Assembly (NCBI GenBank): GCA_051362555.1
Contig: CM120643.1
Span: 6,200,001 to 6,264,000 of the forward strand
Length of the DNA stretch: 64,000 bases
Direction: 5' to 3'
Origin: Lingula anatina
Lineage: Eukaryota; Animalia; Brachiopoda
The translations under genes were made by a program, and so were the position numbers. Positions 62,265 to 64,000 of the stretch are shown here, piece after piece (within the stretch, counting starts at the first letter, position 1; the number at the start of each line of letters is the position of its first letter). The notes beneath the pieces were generated by a model. The model did no database searches. It was not told the DNA's origin and saw nothing but the letters and a program-made list of their open reading frames with translations.

Positions 62265-63635
62265 GATTGTGTTTCTTCCTGAAAATTGGTCGTTTAACGA
62301 TTGTCGGCTGTGCAATGTGTTATCTACCTCACAAATCACGAACCCTTGGTCACTTCTTTTACCAAACCCGAGATTCGACTGAGTCCGTTAGTGCCGAAGC
62401 TTGGGATACTGTGACTTAAATACATTTTTCAAATGTTACCTTGTTAAATTAAACAGGACGAAATGTCTGGTTTCAGTCCAATTAATGGTGCAAGGCAGGA
62501 CCTTAAACACGAAAGTTTCTGTTACAGCTGTTCACAGTGTTTAATATATTAATAGGCAAGGAAGACGATTTTGGTATCAAAGTAAAATCCATCAAGCAAA
62601 CACTCCCAATAATAGTTATAATAATAATTGATTCTCATAAAGGATCTTACCTTATCACAATGCCCTCTTCTGGTGTATTGAGATTACTCCGTTTCAAATA
62701 GTACGATCTACATGCAGTATAGTATAATTTATTTACATCTTTATCTAAGTTTAAAACAATAGGGCGAATTAAAACAATAACTTGGAAATAATTTTGTTGA
62801 TTATTGTGATAAAAGTGTCGTGCATGGACCGGTATATAAAATCCACTCGCTGAGGCAAGGAAGTTCTTGTGAGATTTAAGTATTCTCTGTGAAACATGTA
62901 TTACGCAACGCAAATTAATTTGAACTTTCCTGATTGATAATGAATTTGGTTCTTACTTGAAATTTTAGATCTAAAAAACAGCTGTTATTTACTCAGGATA
63001 ATTCTGTGTTAGATCGGGTAAGTAATGTGGCTTTGGGTCAAAGACAGCTATTTCATTATTTCTTACTACATTTTACGATGGTGCTGAAAGAAGACTGCCA
63101 TTAATCCAGTTTAAGTGTTCTTTTATAGAATCTATAATTAGTTTTCAACTTATATGTATTAAGTGTGTAAATGTGTGTTTGTGTATGTGCTTGTGTGCGT
63201 GTTGTGCGTGCTTGTATATGTCTGTGTAAGAACACTAGGGACTTATCTTGGTTTGGTTCTTAACTGTTTTATAATTATCGTTGTTATGGTGCCTAGGGAC
63301 AAAGGGAAACCAAGTAAAATATTCCCGAGAATGGGCACATACGAGAAAAGCGAACGACATCCACATCTACTTAAAAATTAAGCCCGAATATTGAAAGTCG
63401 CATAGACAGGAAGTTAGACAGCTAAGAACATAGAGCGTCACACACAGAATGAACATGTAGCCAAGACCTGTGTCAGGCAACCAAACAACAGAATGCAAAC
63501 TTCCAAACTTGAGCAGAGCTAATGTATTTATTTGTATCTTGCACTAAAAAGCCATTAACTGCGACTCATGGCCTGTTTCTTTGTATATCTTTCGAAAATA
63601 GAAAAAAAAGGCTGCTGAAACAAATATGAAGAACT

Positions 63636-63870
63636 TAAGTAAATATGACAAATGAGAATTTAAGTTATGTAACTGCTATTGCACTGATTTACTTTTATCC
63701 ACCATTGAAGCACTCACTGCACCAGTCGCATTCACTTGATTGTCCGTTTTATAAGTAAATATGACAAATGAGGATTCAAGTTATAAATTTGTAACTTCTA
63801 TTGCACTGATTTACTTTCACCCACCACTGAACCACTTATTACATCATTGCATTTTCAGCTGATGCACCAG
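63636..63870. repeat. ~115-bp tandem duplication
   Basis: taagtaaatatgacaaatgag...ctattgcactgatttacttt..ccacca.tgaa occurs twice. Confidence 0.8.
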
Positions 63871-64000
63871 GTGCAAACGTTACGAAATGTGCACAGACAT
63901 TTAAAATGACTTTCTCGGAAAATCAATCCATTGCATGTCTCCAAGGTGTGTCCGTGCGAGGCTATTGGAAGTATTCATATTTAAAAACAATCTGCCGAAT

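Noticed and set aside
62065-62382. Hydrophobic 105-aa plus-strand ORF
   Set aside because: Antisense shadow of the Lys/Glu-rich subtilisin exon 1

Overview
AT-rich eukaryotic (animal, probably invertebrate and plausibly molluscan) genomic DNA with spliceosomal introns, microsatellites and dense transposon debris; nothing is prokaryotic and there is no CRISPR array. (1) From about 8.9 to 25.4 kb lies a patchwork of about 15 coding fragments from unrelated transposon groups (Kolobok, Gypsy, LINE, CACTA, Ginger, hAT, pogo, KolX/P2X7-ballast-like, Ulp1-like, HECT-like), all on the + strand. The few recognisable remnants at 27-30.4 kb are on the - strand. This is the layout expected of a strand-biased piRNA cluster, possibly bidirectional. 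(2) Inside it, the 3' half of a Gypsy element carries two extra ORFs between integrase and the LTR. (3) 25-54 kb holds a non-autonomous Helentron (HINE) family, a ~193-bp satellite with higher-order structure, and several MITE families, one with a 5-bp TSD confirmed by an empty site in the window. (4) At 50.07-55.46 kb is an orphan gene missed by the ORF track, made of duplicated symmetric phase-1 micro-exons with a basic, Cys-containing C-terminus. (5) At 59.1-62.3 kb (-) is a 6-exon secreted proteinase-K-like S8 subtilisin with a 7-nt insertion and a nonsense codon. All family calls are from motifs recognised by eye; no searches were run.
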